Assembly (NCBI GenBank): GCA_913050095.1
Contig: CAJXAV010000004.1
Span: 1 to 61,599 of the forward strand
Direction: 5' to 3'
DNA: 61,599 nt
From: an uncultured Gammaproteobacteria bacterium
GTDB lineage: Bacteria > Pseudomonadota > Gammaproteobacteria > Poriferisulfidales > GCA-002705445
The stretch's first letter is position 1; the number at the start of each line of letters is the position of its first letter. Shown here piece after piece: positions 50,230 through 60,517 of the stretch. Below the pieces are notes generated by a model, which was not told the origin of the DNA, did no database searches, and saw only the letters and a list, made by a program, of their open reading frames with translations. A program made the position numbers and the translations under genes.

Positions 50230-52776
50230 ATGAATCTTTTAAAAAAAATTATTGGAAGTAGAAATGATAGAATTTTGAAAGATTATCAAAAGATTTTATC
50301 TAATATAAATGAAATCTCTAATGATTTTAAAAACATAAAAGACACAGATTTCCCCGAAATTACTAATAAATTAAAAAATGATTTAAAAAATGGTAAAGAT
50401 TTAGATCAAATTTTGCCATATGCTTTTGCGCTTGTTAGAGAAGCTTCAGAAAGAGTAATGAATATGCGTCACTTTGATGAACAAATTATCGGTGGATTAG
50501 CACTTCATAATGGCAAAATAGCAGAAATGAAGACTGGAGAAGGAAAAACGCTCGTAGCAACATTGCCAGCATATCTGAATGCTTTGAAAGGGAATGGTGT
50601 TCATATAATAACTGTAAACGATTACTTGGCAAAGCGTGACTGCGATTGGATGTCAAAACTATATAATTATCTTGGATTGAGTACAGGTGTTATTTTATCA
50701 GGCCAAAGTTTACAAGAAAAAAAAATAGCTTATGAGGCAGATATAATATATGGAACAAATAACGAATTTGGTTTTGATTATCTAAGAGATAATATGGTTT
50801 TTTCATTAGAAGAAAAAGTTCAAAATAAATTATCATACGCTATTGTAGATGAGGTTGATTCTATTCTAATAGATGAGGCCAGAACACCTTTAATAATTTC
50901 AGGAGCAACTAGTGAGAGTTTAACGCTCTATAAAAAAATGAATAGTTTTGTAAAATATTTTAAAGAAGGCGATGAGTCTGATCAAAATGCCGACTTTTTT
51001 TTAGATGAAAAATCAAATCAAGCATTTTTGACAGAGAAAGGTCACGAAACTTATGAAAAGTTACTATTTAAGAATCAATTAATTAATAATAATGAAAGTT
51101 TATATGATCCAAATAATATAAATTTACTTCATTTTATGAATACAGCGCTAAGAGCAAATTATCTATATTCAAAGGATATTGATTATATTGTAGAAGAATC
51201 AAAAATAATAATAATAGATGAATTTACTGGAAGAAAAATGCCTGGAAGAAGATGGGGTGATGGCTTGCATCAAGCAATAGAGGCAAAAGAAAATCTCAAT
51301 ATTGAAAATGAAAATCAAACATTAGCATCTATTACATTTCAAAATTATTTTAGACTATATGAAAAATTGTCTGGCATGACTGGTACAGCTGATACTGAAG
51401 CTCAAGAATTTCAAGAAATATACAAGTTAGAGGTAATAGTTATACCACCTCATAAAAAGATGATCAGAAAGGATTTTGGAGATTTAGTATATTTAACAAT
51501 TGAAGAAAAATATAATGCAATTATAGAAGATATAAAAAATTGTCAAAAAAATAAGCAACCAGTTCTGATTGGAACTGCGTCAATTGAATCATCAGAGTAT
51601 TTATCAAAAGCATTAAAAAAAGAAAATATTTCGCATAATGTGTTAAATGCAAAACAGCATGAAAGAGAATCAATGATAATTGAAAATGCAGGGTCTTTAA
51701 ATAGCGTTACAATTGCAACCAATATGGCAGGACGTGGAACAGATATTGTTCTTGGAGGAAAGAAAAATGATATTGAAGAACATAAATGGACTGAATTAAA
51801 TTTAAAAGTATTGGAATCTGGTGGCCTTCACGTGATTGGTACTGAAAGACATGAATCTAGAAGAGTTGATAATCAATTAAGGGGAAGAGCAGGTAGACAA
51901 GGAGACCCAGGATCATCAAGATTTTATTTATCACTTGAAGATAACCTTATGAGAATATTTGCGTCAGATAAAGTTAGCACATTTATGAAGAAGTTAGGAA
52001 TGGAAAAAGGAGAGGCAATAGAACATAAATGGGTTACTAAGGCAATTGGAAACGCTCAAAAAAAAGTTGAAGGACATAATTTTGATATAAGAAAACATCT
52101 TTTAGATTATGATGATGTTGCTAATGAGCAAAGAAAATATATATATAATAAAAGAAATGATTTTTTAGCAAAAGATAATAGAGAAGAATTAACAAATATT
52201 ATTATAGAACAAGTTTTTACAAACATAATAGAAAGCAACCTCTATGAAGAAAATAAAAATAGCGAAATGAATGAAACACTCCAAAGAGACTTTCATATAG
52301 AAATAGATGCCGAAGAAATTATAAAAAATTCAATAAAGAAAGAAGAGGCAAGAGAAAAATTTATTGAAAAAATATTCATAGAGTATAAAAAAAACATAAG
52401 AAGTGTTGAAAAAGATATATATCAAGATTTAATAAAAGAAGTTTTTATTAATATTGTTGATAAAAGTTGGATAGAGCATATACAAGCTATGGATCATCTA
52501 AGACAAGGAATTGGCTTAAGAAGTTATGCTCAGAAAAACCCAAAACAAGAATATAAAAGAGAAGCATTTGAAATGTTCTCAATAATGCAGGATAGTATGC
52601 ATTACAATTTCATAAGCTTATTATATAGAATAGATTATAATACAACTTTTTCAAAAAAAGAAAAAACAGAAAATTTGAATTATAATAGATCTGATGCTGA
52701 TAAAAAAAGTAATACAAAAAATAATAAAAATAAAGACAAAAGAAATAGAAAGCAAAGAAAAAAAAAGAGAAAGTAA
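50230..52776 (+). CDS. secA: Preprotein translocase ATPase SecA
   Basis: 848 aa (MKTGEGKTLVATLP, DEVDSILIDEARTPLIIS, TNMAGRGTDI, RGRAGRQGDPG). The C-terminus is a Lys/Arg/Asn-rich tail with no Cys/His Zn motif. Confidence 0.95.
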   Translation: MNLLKKIIGSRNDRILKDYQKILSNINEISNDFKNIKDTDFPEITNKLKNDLKNGKDLDQILPYAFALVREASERVMNMRHFDEQIIGGLALHNGKIAEMKTGEGKTLVATLPAYLNALKGNGVHIITVNDYLAKRDCDWMSKLYNYLGLSTGVILSGQSLQEKKIAYEADIIYGTNNEFGFDYLRDNMVFSLEEKVQNKLSYAIVDEVDSILIDEARTPLIISGATSESLTLYKKMNSFVKYFKEGDESDQNADFFLDEKSNQAFLTEKGHETYEKLLFKNQLINNNESLYDPNNINLLHFMNTALRANYLYSKDIDYIVEESKIIIIDEFTGRKMPGRRWGDGLHQAIEAKENLNIENENQTLASITFQNYFRLYEKLSGMTGTADTEAQEFQEIYKLEVIVIPPHKKMIRKDFGDLVYLTIEEKYNAIIEDIKNCQKNKQPVLIGTASIESSEYLSKALKKENISHNVLNAKQHERESMIIENAGSLNSVTIATNMAGRGTDIVLGGKKNDIEEHKWTELNLKVLESGGLHVIGTERHESRRVDNQLRGRAGRQGDPGSSRFYLSLEDNLMRIFASDKVSTFMKKLGMEKGEAIEHKWVTKAIGNAQKKVEGHNFDIRKHLLDYDDVANEQRKYIYNKRNDFLAKDNREELTNIIIEQVFTNIIESNLYEENKNSEMNETLQRDFHIEIDAEEIIKNSIKKEEAREKFIEKIFIEYKKNIRSVEKDIYQDLIKEVFINIVDKSWIEHIQAMDHLRQGIGLRSYAQKNPKQEYKREAFEMFSIMQDSMHYNFISLLYRIDYNTTFSKKEKTENLNYNRSDADKKSNTKNNKNKDKRNRKQRKKKRK

Positions 52777-52805
52777 ATTTATGTTAAATAAAATATACTA
52801 AAGAC

Positions 52806-54005
52806 ATGGGAAGAAATATAACAAATATTGATGGTATTAAAATTTCATCAATTCATTCTGGGATGTATAAAGAAAGAAGGTTAGATCTTTCACTAGTAGA
52901 AATATCTAAAGGTTCATCAGTCGCCGGTGTTTTTACTAAAAATAAGGCTAGATCTGACGCTGTTAATGTTACAGAAAAAAATTTAAAAAAGAGATCACCA
53001 AGATATCTAATTATAAATTCTGGAAATGCAAATGCAGGAACTGGAAAAAATGGTTTATCAGATATTTCTTGCTATATAAAAGAAATTTCAAATATTACTT
53101 CATGTAAACTTGATGAAGTTTTAGTTTTCTCAACAGGTGTAATAGGCGAGAGAATTAAATACAAAAAAATTATTAATTCTATACCAAAATTATATAACAA
53201 ACTTTGTAATAATGGTTGGGATGACTTGTCAAAATCAATTTTAACAACTGATAAATGTACAAAAACTTCGGAAAAAAGAATCACATTAAATAATAATAAA
53301 GTTTCTATTACTGGCGTAGCTAAAGGGTCAGGTATGATAAATCCAAAAATGGCAACTATGCTTTCATTTGTAGCAACAGATATTAAAATTAGTAAATTCG
53401 AATTAAATAAATTGCTTAAAGATATTACAGACACAACATATAACATGATTACAGTTGATGGTGAAACTTCCACTAACGATTCAAGTATTATTATCGCTAC
53501 CGGAAAATCTAATGTTGATTATAAAAGTTTAAAAAAAACTGAAAAAGAAATTTTTGTAAAAAATTTAAAAGAACTTTATTTAAGCTTAGCACAAAAAATT
53601 GTAAATGATGGGGAAGGAGCTACAAAATTTATAAAAGTTAATGTAGAAAGAGTATCAACAAAAAAATTAGCGAAAGAAATAGCAATGTCTATAGCAAATT
53701 CGCCATTATTTAAAACTGCTATGTTTGCAGAAGATCCAAATTGGGGAAGGATTTTATGCGCAATAGGAAATATAGAATCTAATGTCAATGATTTATCAAA
53801 AATTGAAATTTATATTGGAAATATTCTTGTTTTTAAAAATAATAGTATTTATAAAAATTATAGTGAATCAAAATCTAAAAAATATTTAAAAAATAAAAAC
53901 CTAGAAATCAATATCAAATATAATAATGGAAAGGAATCAGCAGTTGTGTGGACAACTGATTTATCTTATGAATATGTAGAAATAAATGCAGAATACAGAA
54001 CATGA
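52806..54005 (+). CDS. argJ: Bifunctional glutamate N-acetyltransferase / amino-acid acetyltransferase
   Basis: 399 aa with the autoprocessing site KGSGMINPKMATMLSFVATD. Confidence 0.9.
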   Translation: MGRNITNIDGIKISSIHSGMYKERRLDLSLVEISKGSSVAGVFTKNKARSDAVNVTEKNLKKRSPRYLIINSGNANAGTGKNGLSDISCYIKEISNITSCKLDEVLVFSTGVIGERIKYKKIINSIPKLYNKLCNNGWDDLSKSILTTDKCTKTSEKRITLNNNKVSITGVAKGSGMINPKMATMLSFVATDIKISKFELNKLLKDITDTTYNMITVDGETSTNDSSIIIATGKSNVDYKSLKKTEKEIFVKNLKELYLSLAQKIVNDGEGATKFIKVNVERVSTKKLAKEIAMSIANSPLFKTAMFAEDPNWGRILCAIGNIESNVNDLSKIEIYIGNILVFKNNSIYKNYSESKSKKYLKNKNLEINIKYNNGKESAVVWTTDLSYEYVEINAEYRT

Positions 54006-54579
54006 TATTAAAAATTTAGATAAATACTTTATAACCCCAAATTTTTGTGGAAATAATAGAAAAAATTATTATAAAGTAATTGAAAGTATATTAGATTCTG
54101 GCATAAAACTTATTCAATTTCGTTCTAAAAATCTTACTGAAAAAGATTATCACTTAGTTTCAAAAAATATTTATAAATTATGCAGAGAATATAATGCCGT
54201 TTTTTTTATTAATGATATTAAAAATTTTTCATTAAACCAATATTGTCATGGAATTCATCTTACCTCTGAAAATTTAAAAAACCTAGATAAAAAATCATTA
54301 AGTAATAGTTATCTTTATGCTGGTTCTTGTCATAATATTTCAGAAATTGAGATTTGTAATAATTATAATTTAAATTTTATTGTAATATCTCCAATATTAA
54401 GTACTAATAAAAAAATTGGCTTTGGTTGGGAGCATTTCAAAGACTTAGCTAAATATTCTAATTGCCCCGTATATGCTTTAGGTGGTTTAAATTACGAGAG
54501 AGATATAGATAATGTGATTATTAATGGTGGTAGTGGCGTGGCAGGAATCTCATATTATTATAATTTATTTAATTCCTGA
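53986..54579 (+). CDS. ThiE/TenI-like (TMP-synthase fold) protein
   Basis: 197 aa (IQFRSK, FINDI, GSCHN, ISPI, YALGG). It occupies the position where Pseudomonas carries a Nudix(MutT)-ThiE-like fusion. No Nudix box is present here. Confidence 0.55.
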   Translation: MQNTEHDIKNLDKYFITPNFCGNNRKNYYKVIESILDSGIKLIQFRSKNLTEKDYHLVSKNIYKLCREYNAVFFINDIKNFSLNQYCHGIHLTSENLKNLDKKSLSNSYLYAGSCHNISEIEICNNYNLNFIVISPILSTNKKIGFGWEHFKDLAKYSNCPVYALGGLNYERDIDNVIINGGSGVAGISYYYNLFNS

Positions 54580-55338
54580 TAGCCCAAGATTAAAATCAAC
54601 ATTCTCGTTTATTGCCTTTGATATTCTTTTATTACCTGTTGCGTGTTTAAAAATAATATTAATATTTTGTCTGCTTACACTAACATTTGGATAAATATTT
54701 ATATCTTTATCTAATCTAATTCTTATAAAATCAACATATGTATCTTTATTTAATTTTAATTCAAAATATGATTTAGAGCTTGTATATTTTTCAAATGAGG
54801 AATATTTTCTTCTTGTACTAAGTATTAGTTTTGATGCTTTAAATAGATACTCAAAAGGAGAGTACCATAGATTAATATTATCTAAAATTTGTGTTTTATT
54901 AGATGAAAGAAAATTTAAATATGAAGGCATATCAAAGAAATTATCACCAGCTGGAAGATAAATTTTACTTTTAATTTGCATTAAGAAGTCATTATCGATT
55001 ACAGATTTTGAAGGATTTTCTTCAATACTATTAATTTTATCAATTACAAACTTTAATTTTTCGATTGATTCTTCATAATCAGATAATTTATCATTATTTA
55101 CATCTTTTAAATTATTAATATATAAAATATTTTTTTCTAATTCTTTCAATAATTCAATTTTTAAATTTATCCTTGATACAAAATCAGACGTTTCGAGTAA
55201 AGTTGCAATGCTTGATTTAATCCCCCATATATTATCTTGCTCAAGAGAAGAATTAAATTTTTCAAAGAGGTATTCACATTTAAGTATATTTCTTATATTT
55301 TCTGCAACAGGTTGTTCATATATTATATAGTTATTCAT
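54565..55338 (-). CDS. zapD: Cell division protein ZapD
   Basis: 257 aa. The N-terminus (IIYEQPVAENIRNILKCEYLF...ELLKELEK) is collinear with E. coli ZapD ([20 protein letters not shown]...ELLKELDR). Conserved coaE-zapD pairing. Confidence 0.75.
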   Translation of the reverse strand: MNNYIIYEQPVAENIRNILKCEYLFEKFNSSLEQDNIWGIKSSIATLLETSDFVSRINLKIELLKELEKNILYINNLKDVNNDKLSDYEESIEKLKFVIDKINSIEENPSKSVIDNDFLMQIKSKIYLPAGDNFFDMPSYLNFLSSNKTQILDNINLWYSPFEYLFKASKLILSTRRKYSSFEKYTSSKSYFELKLNKDTYVDFIRIRLDKDINIYPNVSVSRQNINIIFKHATGNKRISKAINENVDFNLGLSGIK

Positions 55339-55904
55339 AATTTTTTTATTATATTTTTTATTTCTTCTTCAAAATTTAATTCTGTAGTATTATTAAAAAT
55401 AATATAATCGCAATTATCTTTGTAACGATCAATGCTATTTTGGTAGTCTATAATTTTATTTATTAAATTATCTTTGTAGCCGGATCTTTTTTTAATTCTC
55501 TCTATTCTAATTTCTTTTTTTGATTCTATATAAATATTTTTATAATTTTTAAATATAGTATTATTTTTTATTACTGGTATAACTTGTATTAATATTTCTC
55601 TATTAATATATTTATTTTTTAAAATTTCAAATTCCTTAATTACTTCTGGATGAATATAGTTCTCTAGTTCTTCCATTTTATACTGATTTGTAAATATTAT
55701 TTCTCTAATTTTGTCAAAATCTATCATATTTTTTCTAACTGATTTTGGTATTATTCTGCCTACCTCTTCAACTATTTTTGGTCTTCTATATAAATCTTTT
55801 ATAATATTATCAGCGCATATACATTTTATATTTAACTTTTCTAATATCTTTTGAGCTAAACTTTTTCCAGATCCAATTTGACCAGTTAAATTATATACAT
55901 TCAA
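55335..55904 (-). CDS. coaE: Dephospho-CoA kinase
   Basis: 189 aa with P-loop LTGQIGSGKS. TTG start (no in-frame ATG nearby). 4-nt overlap with zapD. Confidence 0.8.
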   Translation of the reverse strand: MNVYNLTGQIGSGKSLAQKILEKLNIKCICADNIIKDLYRRPKIVEEVGRIIPKSVRKNMIDFDKIREIIFTNQYKMEELENYIHPEVIKEFEILKNKYINREILIQVIPVIKNNTIFKNYKNIYIESKKEIRIERIKKRSGYKDNLINKIIDYQNSIDRYKDNCDYIIFNNTTELNFEEEIKNIIKKL

Positions 55905-55975
55905 TTTTAATACCTTTATAAATATGTTTTAATATATATCATATATTAATAAAAATTTATTTGATAATAAATATT

Positions 55976-57610
55976 ATGAAAAATAAACTAGAATTCATCA
56001 TTGTTCAATTTAATGCTACTGTTGGTGATATAGAAGGCAATGCTACAAGAATAATTGATATTATATCTAAAAATAGGTCTTTAAATACGACCAAAATATT
56101 TGTATTTCCAGAACTAGCCTTATGTGGTTATTCTCCAGAAGATTTACTCTACAGACAAGATTTTGAAAACTCTATAAATACTTATATAAATAAAATTGTT
56201 AATTTTATTGAAAATAATGAATATCTTATATTTGGAGCGCCAAGATATTGTGATAAAACAGGTAGAATATTTAATAGTGCATATACCATAAATGGTAAAA
56301 ATATTTTAAATATATATGATAAGCAGGCTTTACCAAATTATGGTGTTTTTGATGAAAAAAGATATTTTTCAAAAGGTAGTAAAAATTTTATTTTAGATGT
56401 GTGTGGTAATAAATTATGTATTTTAGTATGCGAAGATGCATGGAGTTATGAATCACTTAAATCTGATAATATGAAAAATATAGATTTTTTAATCAGTATT
56501 AATGCTTCTCCATTTGAAATTGAAAAAGATAAAAAAAGAAAAAATTATTTTAAGAATCTAACAAAAAAAAATAATATTAATTTAATTTATTTAAATACAG
56601 TTGGTGGTCAAGATGAAATAGTTTTTGATGGTAGCTCTTTTTTAGCGAATAGAGAGGGTGTTATTATGCATTCCCTCAAATCTTTTTCAGAAGAAATTTT
56701 TAATTTTTCTGTAGAAAATAAAGAATTTATAAAAGGTTCTGTTCCAAATATTGTTGGCAATATTAATAATAATTCACTTACTTATGAAGCAATTAAATTA
56801 GGAACTAAAGATTATATCTCTAAGAGTAATCTGAATGGTGTTCTTATTGGTTTATCTGGAGGTATTGACTCGGCTTTAACATTAGCAATTGCCGCAGAAA
56901 TATTTGATAAAAAAAATATTGAAGCTATCTTGATGCCATCAGTCTATACATCAGATTTAAGTATACAGTTAGCTAAAGAACAATGTAATATACTTGATAT
57001 CAATTATTCCATTATAAGCATAGAAGATATTAACAACGAAATAAATAATACATTAAAAGATAAGTTTAAAGGATTATCAAAAGATATTACCGAAGAAAAT
57101 ATTCAAGCACGTGCAAGGGGTTTAATTTTAATGGCAATATCCAATAAAACTGGAAAAGTACTATTAACAACCGGTAATAAAAGTGAGCTTGCAGTTGGTT
57201 ACTCTACTCTTTATGGGGATATGTGTGGGAGTTTTGCTCCTTTAAAAGACCTGTATAAAACTGAAGTTTTTACGCTTGCAAAAGAAGAAGCAAATAGGGG
57301 TAAAATATCTATACCAGAAGCTGTTATTGAAAGATTACCTACAGCTGAATTATCAAAAGATCAATATGATATTGATACACTCCCCCCGTATAGCGTGCTA
57401 GATGAGATATTAATTAATTTTATAGAAAATAAAAAATCTTTGGATGAAATATGTGAGTTAGGTTTTGAAAAAAGTCTAGTATCAAGTGTAATAAATATGG
57501 TAATTAGAAATGAATACAAAAGAAGACAGTACGCACCTGGTGTTAAAATTAGGTCAGAATCTTTTGGAAGAGATAGGCGCTTTCCGATAGTGTCTAAGTT
57601 TAAATATTAA
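55976..57610 (+). CDS. nadE: Glutamine-dependent NAD+ synthetase
   Basis: N-terminal CN-hydrolase domain (VFPELALCGY, ILVCEDAW) plus C-terminal NAD synthase PP-loop (GLSGGIDSA). The track start at 55961 is a TTG. The ATG at 55976 is preferred. Confidence 0.9.
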   Translation: MKNKLEFIIVQFNATVGDIEGNATRIIDIISKNRSLNTTKIFVFPELALCGYSPEDLLYRQDFENSINTYINKIVNFIENNEYLIFGAPRYCDKTGRIFNSAYTINGKNILNIYDKQALPNYGVFDEKRYFSKGSKNFILDVCGNKLCILVCEDAWSYESLKSDNMKNIDFLISINASPFEIEKDKKRKNYFKNLTKKNNINLIYLNTVGGQDEIVFDGSSFLANREGVIMHSLKSFSEEIFNFSVENKEFIKGSVPNIVGNINNNSLTYEAIKLGTKDYISKSNLNGVLIGLSGGIDSALTLAIAAEIFDKKNIEAILMPSVYTSDLSIQLAKEQCNILDINYSIISIEDINNEINNTLKDKFKGLSKDITEENIQARARGLILMAISNKTGKVLLTTGNKSELAVGYSTLYGDMCGSFAPLKDLYKTEVFTLAKEEANRGKISIPEAVIERLPTAELSKDQYDIDTLPPYSVLDEILINFIENKKSLDEICELGFEKSLVSSVINMVIRNEYKRRQYAPGVKIRSESFGRDRRFPIVSKFKY

Positions 57611-58836
57611 TCTACTATTAACTCTAAAATTTCATTCTCAGAGTTTTTAGACTCAGTCTCTTGTTCATTAGATGAGTTATCATTTTTTTCTTTAATAATT
57701 TCAATTTTATTTTCATTTTTTTTATTATCAACAATAACATCTTTTACTTTAATATCGGAATCATCATCTGAAGTAAAATAATCTAATAAATTCAAAGGCT
57801 CTTTTTTAATTTGATCTTTATTTTTTCTGATATGTTTTATTGTATATTTTTCTGGTTTAACATTTAGTGGTATCTCAACTAAATTGTCATTTTTGAAATA
57901 TTCTACATTGTATACACCAGTGAAATCGTCCTCTTTTTGTTCTTCGATATCAAACCCTAAATTTATTGCAATATTGTCAGCTGCTTCGCTAGCAGCCGAT
58001 GCATTTTGTTTTATCGAATTATTCGAAGCTTCCTCAAAATATTTTGATTTATAATCAGGATAATTAGCTAATATGATCTTTTCTACATCTCTAGCGTTAT
58101 CTTTCATGAGAAGTTTCTCATATGATGATTTTAAAAAAATAAGAGCGTCTCTGTTTGCAGGAGAGTTTGGGTACTTTTGTATTAAATAATTACATCTATT
58201 TATAACGGCTAGATACGCCTTCCTTTTATAATAAAAGTTAGCTACATGAATTTCATATGATGCAAGTGTATTTCTTAAATACTCCATTCGTTTTAAAGAA
58301 TCTTTTATATATTCGCTTTGTTTAAAATTTTTATAGACATAATTAAAATCTTCATATGAATTTCTTAAATTTATTGGATCTTTATCAATTTGTACATGAG
58401 GTAAGAGAACATTAAAGATTGTTTTACCTCTATTGAAATTAATAAGGCCTCTTAGGTAATATGCGTAAGGTAAAAATTCACTTGTATTATTCATAGAAAT
58501 AAATCTATCTATTATCGCTATTGATACATCCCAATGTTTCAACTTATATTCTGCGTATGCTAGTTCAATGTGACTCTTTGAAGCAAATTTTGAAAAAGGA
58601 AAGTTTGCTTCAATTTTCCTATAATTTTCTATAGCAATATCGTACTGTTCGTTTTTAAGTGACGTCCTAGCTAGGCTATATATTTCTTCAACTGTTTCGA
58701 CCTTGCCCTCTGAATTGACGACATTGCCTTTTTGATCAATTGTGTGACCATCGTCAGTACCTTTAAACGCTGCACATCCATAAAGCGTAAAAATTAAAAG
58801 TATATATATACTTATTTTTATCATATTCTTATACAT
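57607..58836 (-). CDS. bamD: Outer-membrane protein assembly factor BamD with long C-terminal extension
   Basis: Lipobox LYGC and TPR-like BamD core (YDIAIENYRKIEANFPFSKFASKSHIELAYAEYK...YYLRG...VANFYYKRKAYLAVINR). Divergent from rluD as in E. coli. 409 aa in total. Confidence 0.75.
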   Translation of the reverse strand: MYKNMIKISIYILLIFTLYGCAAFKGTDDGHTIDQKGNVVNSEGKVETVEEIYSLARTSLKNEQYDIAIENYRKIEANFPFSKFASKSHIELAYAEYKLKHWDVSIAIIDRFISMNNTSEFLPYAYYLRGLINFNRGKTIFNVLLPHVQIDKDPINLRNSYEDFNYVYKNFKQSEYIKDSLKRMEYLRNTLASYEIHVANFYYKRKAYLAVINRCNYLIQKYPNSPANRDALIFLKSSYEKLLMKDNARDVEKIILANYPDYKSKYFEEASNNSIKQNASAASEAADNIAINLGFDIEEQKEDDFTGVYNVEYFKNDNLVEIPLNVKPEKYTIKHIRKNKDQIKKEPLNLLDYFTSDDDSDIKVKDVIVDNKKNENKIEIIKEKNDNSSNEQETESKNSENEILELIVD

Positions 58837-58860
58837 ATTAATTATTATAATTTTTTTACC

Positions 58861-59808
58861 ATGAACGATGAAGTTTTAAATAACGATATTATAGAATATA
58901 TAATATCAGAAGAAAGTAAAGGTTTAAGGGCAGATCTTGCGATAGCACAAGAAAACCAACAATTCTCAAGAAGTTTAATAAAAAAATGGATAAATAAAGG
59001 TAATATCTTAATTAACGGAAACACATTAAAACCAAGAGATACTTTAGCTGAGAATGACAAAATAACAATAATCCCAGAAGAGAATATTAATCCAGAAGAA
59101 ATAATTCCAGAAAAAATTCAATTAAATGTAGAGTATCAAGATCAGGATCTAATTGTGATAAATAAGCAATGTGGAATAATTGCTCATCCTGCAGCAGGAA
59201 ATCATAAAGGAACATTAGCAAACGGGTTAGTATATTTATTTCCAGAATTAAAAAATTTACCAAGATCAGGATTAATCCACAGACTTGATAAAGATACAAC
59301 AGGTCTTTTAATTATTGCAAGAAATATTAAAAGTTATACGGTATTAGTAAAGCAAATGCAGAATAGGGAAATAAAAAAATTTTATATTGCGTATTCACAT
59401 GGCTTAATAATGAAGAATGATACTGTACATCAACCAATATCAAGACATAAAACAGACCGAAAAAAAATGTCTGTAAATGCAAACGGAAAAGAAGCAATTA
59501 CAGAATATGAGGTTATAAAAAACTTTAAAAAATCAACAAAATTAAAGATAAAACTACATACTGGCAGAACACATCAAATTAGAGTGCATATGCATTTTAA
59601 AGGCTACCCATTGATTGGCGACCAAACTTATGGATCTAAAATGACTAGTATAGAAAACAATAACGACTATTTAAAAAAATTTAAAAGGCAGGCACTTCAT
59701 GCGTATAAATTAGAATTTGATCACCCATTAACAAAATTAAAGATTAAATTAGAATCAAAATTACCAAAAGATTTACAAGATTTAGAAAAAATACTTGAAA
59801 ATGAATAA
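58861..59808 (+). CDS. rluD: 23S rRNA pseudouridine synthase RluD
   Basis: 315 aa with an S4 domain and catalytic HRLDKDTTGLL. GRTHQIRVH motif present. Confidence 0.9.
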   Translation: MNDEVLNNDIIEYIISEESKGLRADLAIAQENQQFSRSLIKKWINKGNILINGNTLKPRDTLAENDKITIIPEENINPEEIIPEKIQLNVEYQDQDLIVINKQCGIIAHPAAGNHKGTLANGLVYLFPELKNLPRSGLIHRLDKDTTGLLIIARNIKSYTVLVKQMQNREIKKFYIAYSHGLIMKNDTVHQPISRHKTDRKKMSVNANGKEAITEYEVIKNFKKSTKLKIKLHTGRTHQIRVHMHFKGYPLIGDQTYGSKMTSIENNNDYLKKFKRQALHAYKLEFDHPLTKLKIKLESKLPKDLQDLEKILENE

Positions 59809-60517
59809 AATAATTGAAGATATAGGGTGGAATGTATCAGCATCCGTTAAAATTATGGTAACAAAAAAAAACTTTTTGTCAGATAATAATTTTAATTTGA
59901 GTCGTACAAAAAATAATTATAACAAAGTGAAGAAAAACCTTAATTTATTATCAAAAAATTACCTTCCTTCAAAGCCAATAATATTAAAACAAGTGCACGG
60001 CAAAAAAATTATAGATTTAACAAAAGATAGAATAATATCAAATATTGGTGACGGGCTAATAACAAAAAATAGAAATCAAGTTTTATCAATATTAACAGCC
60101 GACTGTATTCCGCTTGTAATCTCTAGTATTTGCGGGAATTTAATATGTATATTGCATGTTGGAAGAAAGGGGGCTGAATTTAATATTGTTAAAGCTGCAT
60201 TTAAAACTTTAACAAAATATAATTACAAATATGAGGCGTGGTTTGGCCCTTCTATATCAAAAGAACACTATCTTGTTGATAAAGAAATTAAAAATGATTT
60301 TGTATCTATTGATTCGAAATATGAAGAGTTTTTTATTAAAATTAAGACATCTTACAAGATGGATTTAATTGGCATCGTCTCTCATCAACTACGTCAAAAT
60401 TATATTAATAATATTTTTTATTCGAATCTTTGTACTTATGAAAATTATAGAAGTTTTTTTTCATATAGAAAATCTTTAGATACAAGAAGATTTGCTACTT
60501 TTGTATGGCGTGAATAA
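59801..60517 (+). CDS. pgeF: YfiH/PgeF-family (purine nucleoside phosphorylase/laccase-like, peptidoglycan editing factor)
   Basis: LKQVHGKK, LTADCIPL, HVGRKG motifs. Conserved rluD-yfiH pairing. The track start at 59795 is a TTG. The ATG at 59801 is preferred. Confidence 0.8.
   Translation: MNKIIEDIGWNVSASVKIMVTKKNFLSDNNFNLSRTKNNYNKVKKNLNLLSKNYLPSKPIILKQVHGKKIIDLTKDRIISNIGDGLITKNRNQVLSILTADCIPLVISSICGNLICILHVGRKGAEFNIVKAAFKTLTKYNYKYEAWFGPSISKEHYLVDKEIKNDFVSIDSKYEEFFIKIKTSYKMDLIGIVSHQLRQNYINNIFYSNLCTYENYRSFFSYRKSLDTRRFATFVWRE

Noticed and set aside
52740-52776. Long A-runs (for example A9 in the secA 3' end, with similar tracts in the bamD and ftsZ linker regions), considered as programmed slippage or phase-variation sites.
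   Set aside because: They encode Lys-rich low-complexity tails consistent with the genome's A/T bias. There is no alternative frame with coding potential downstream.
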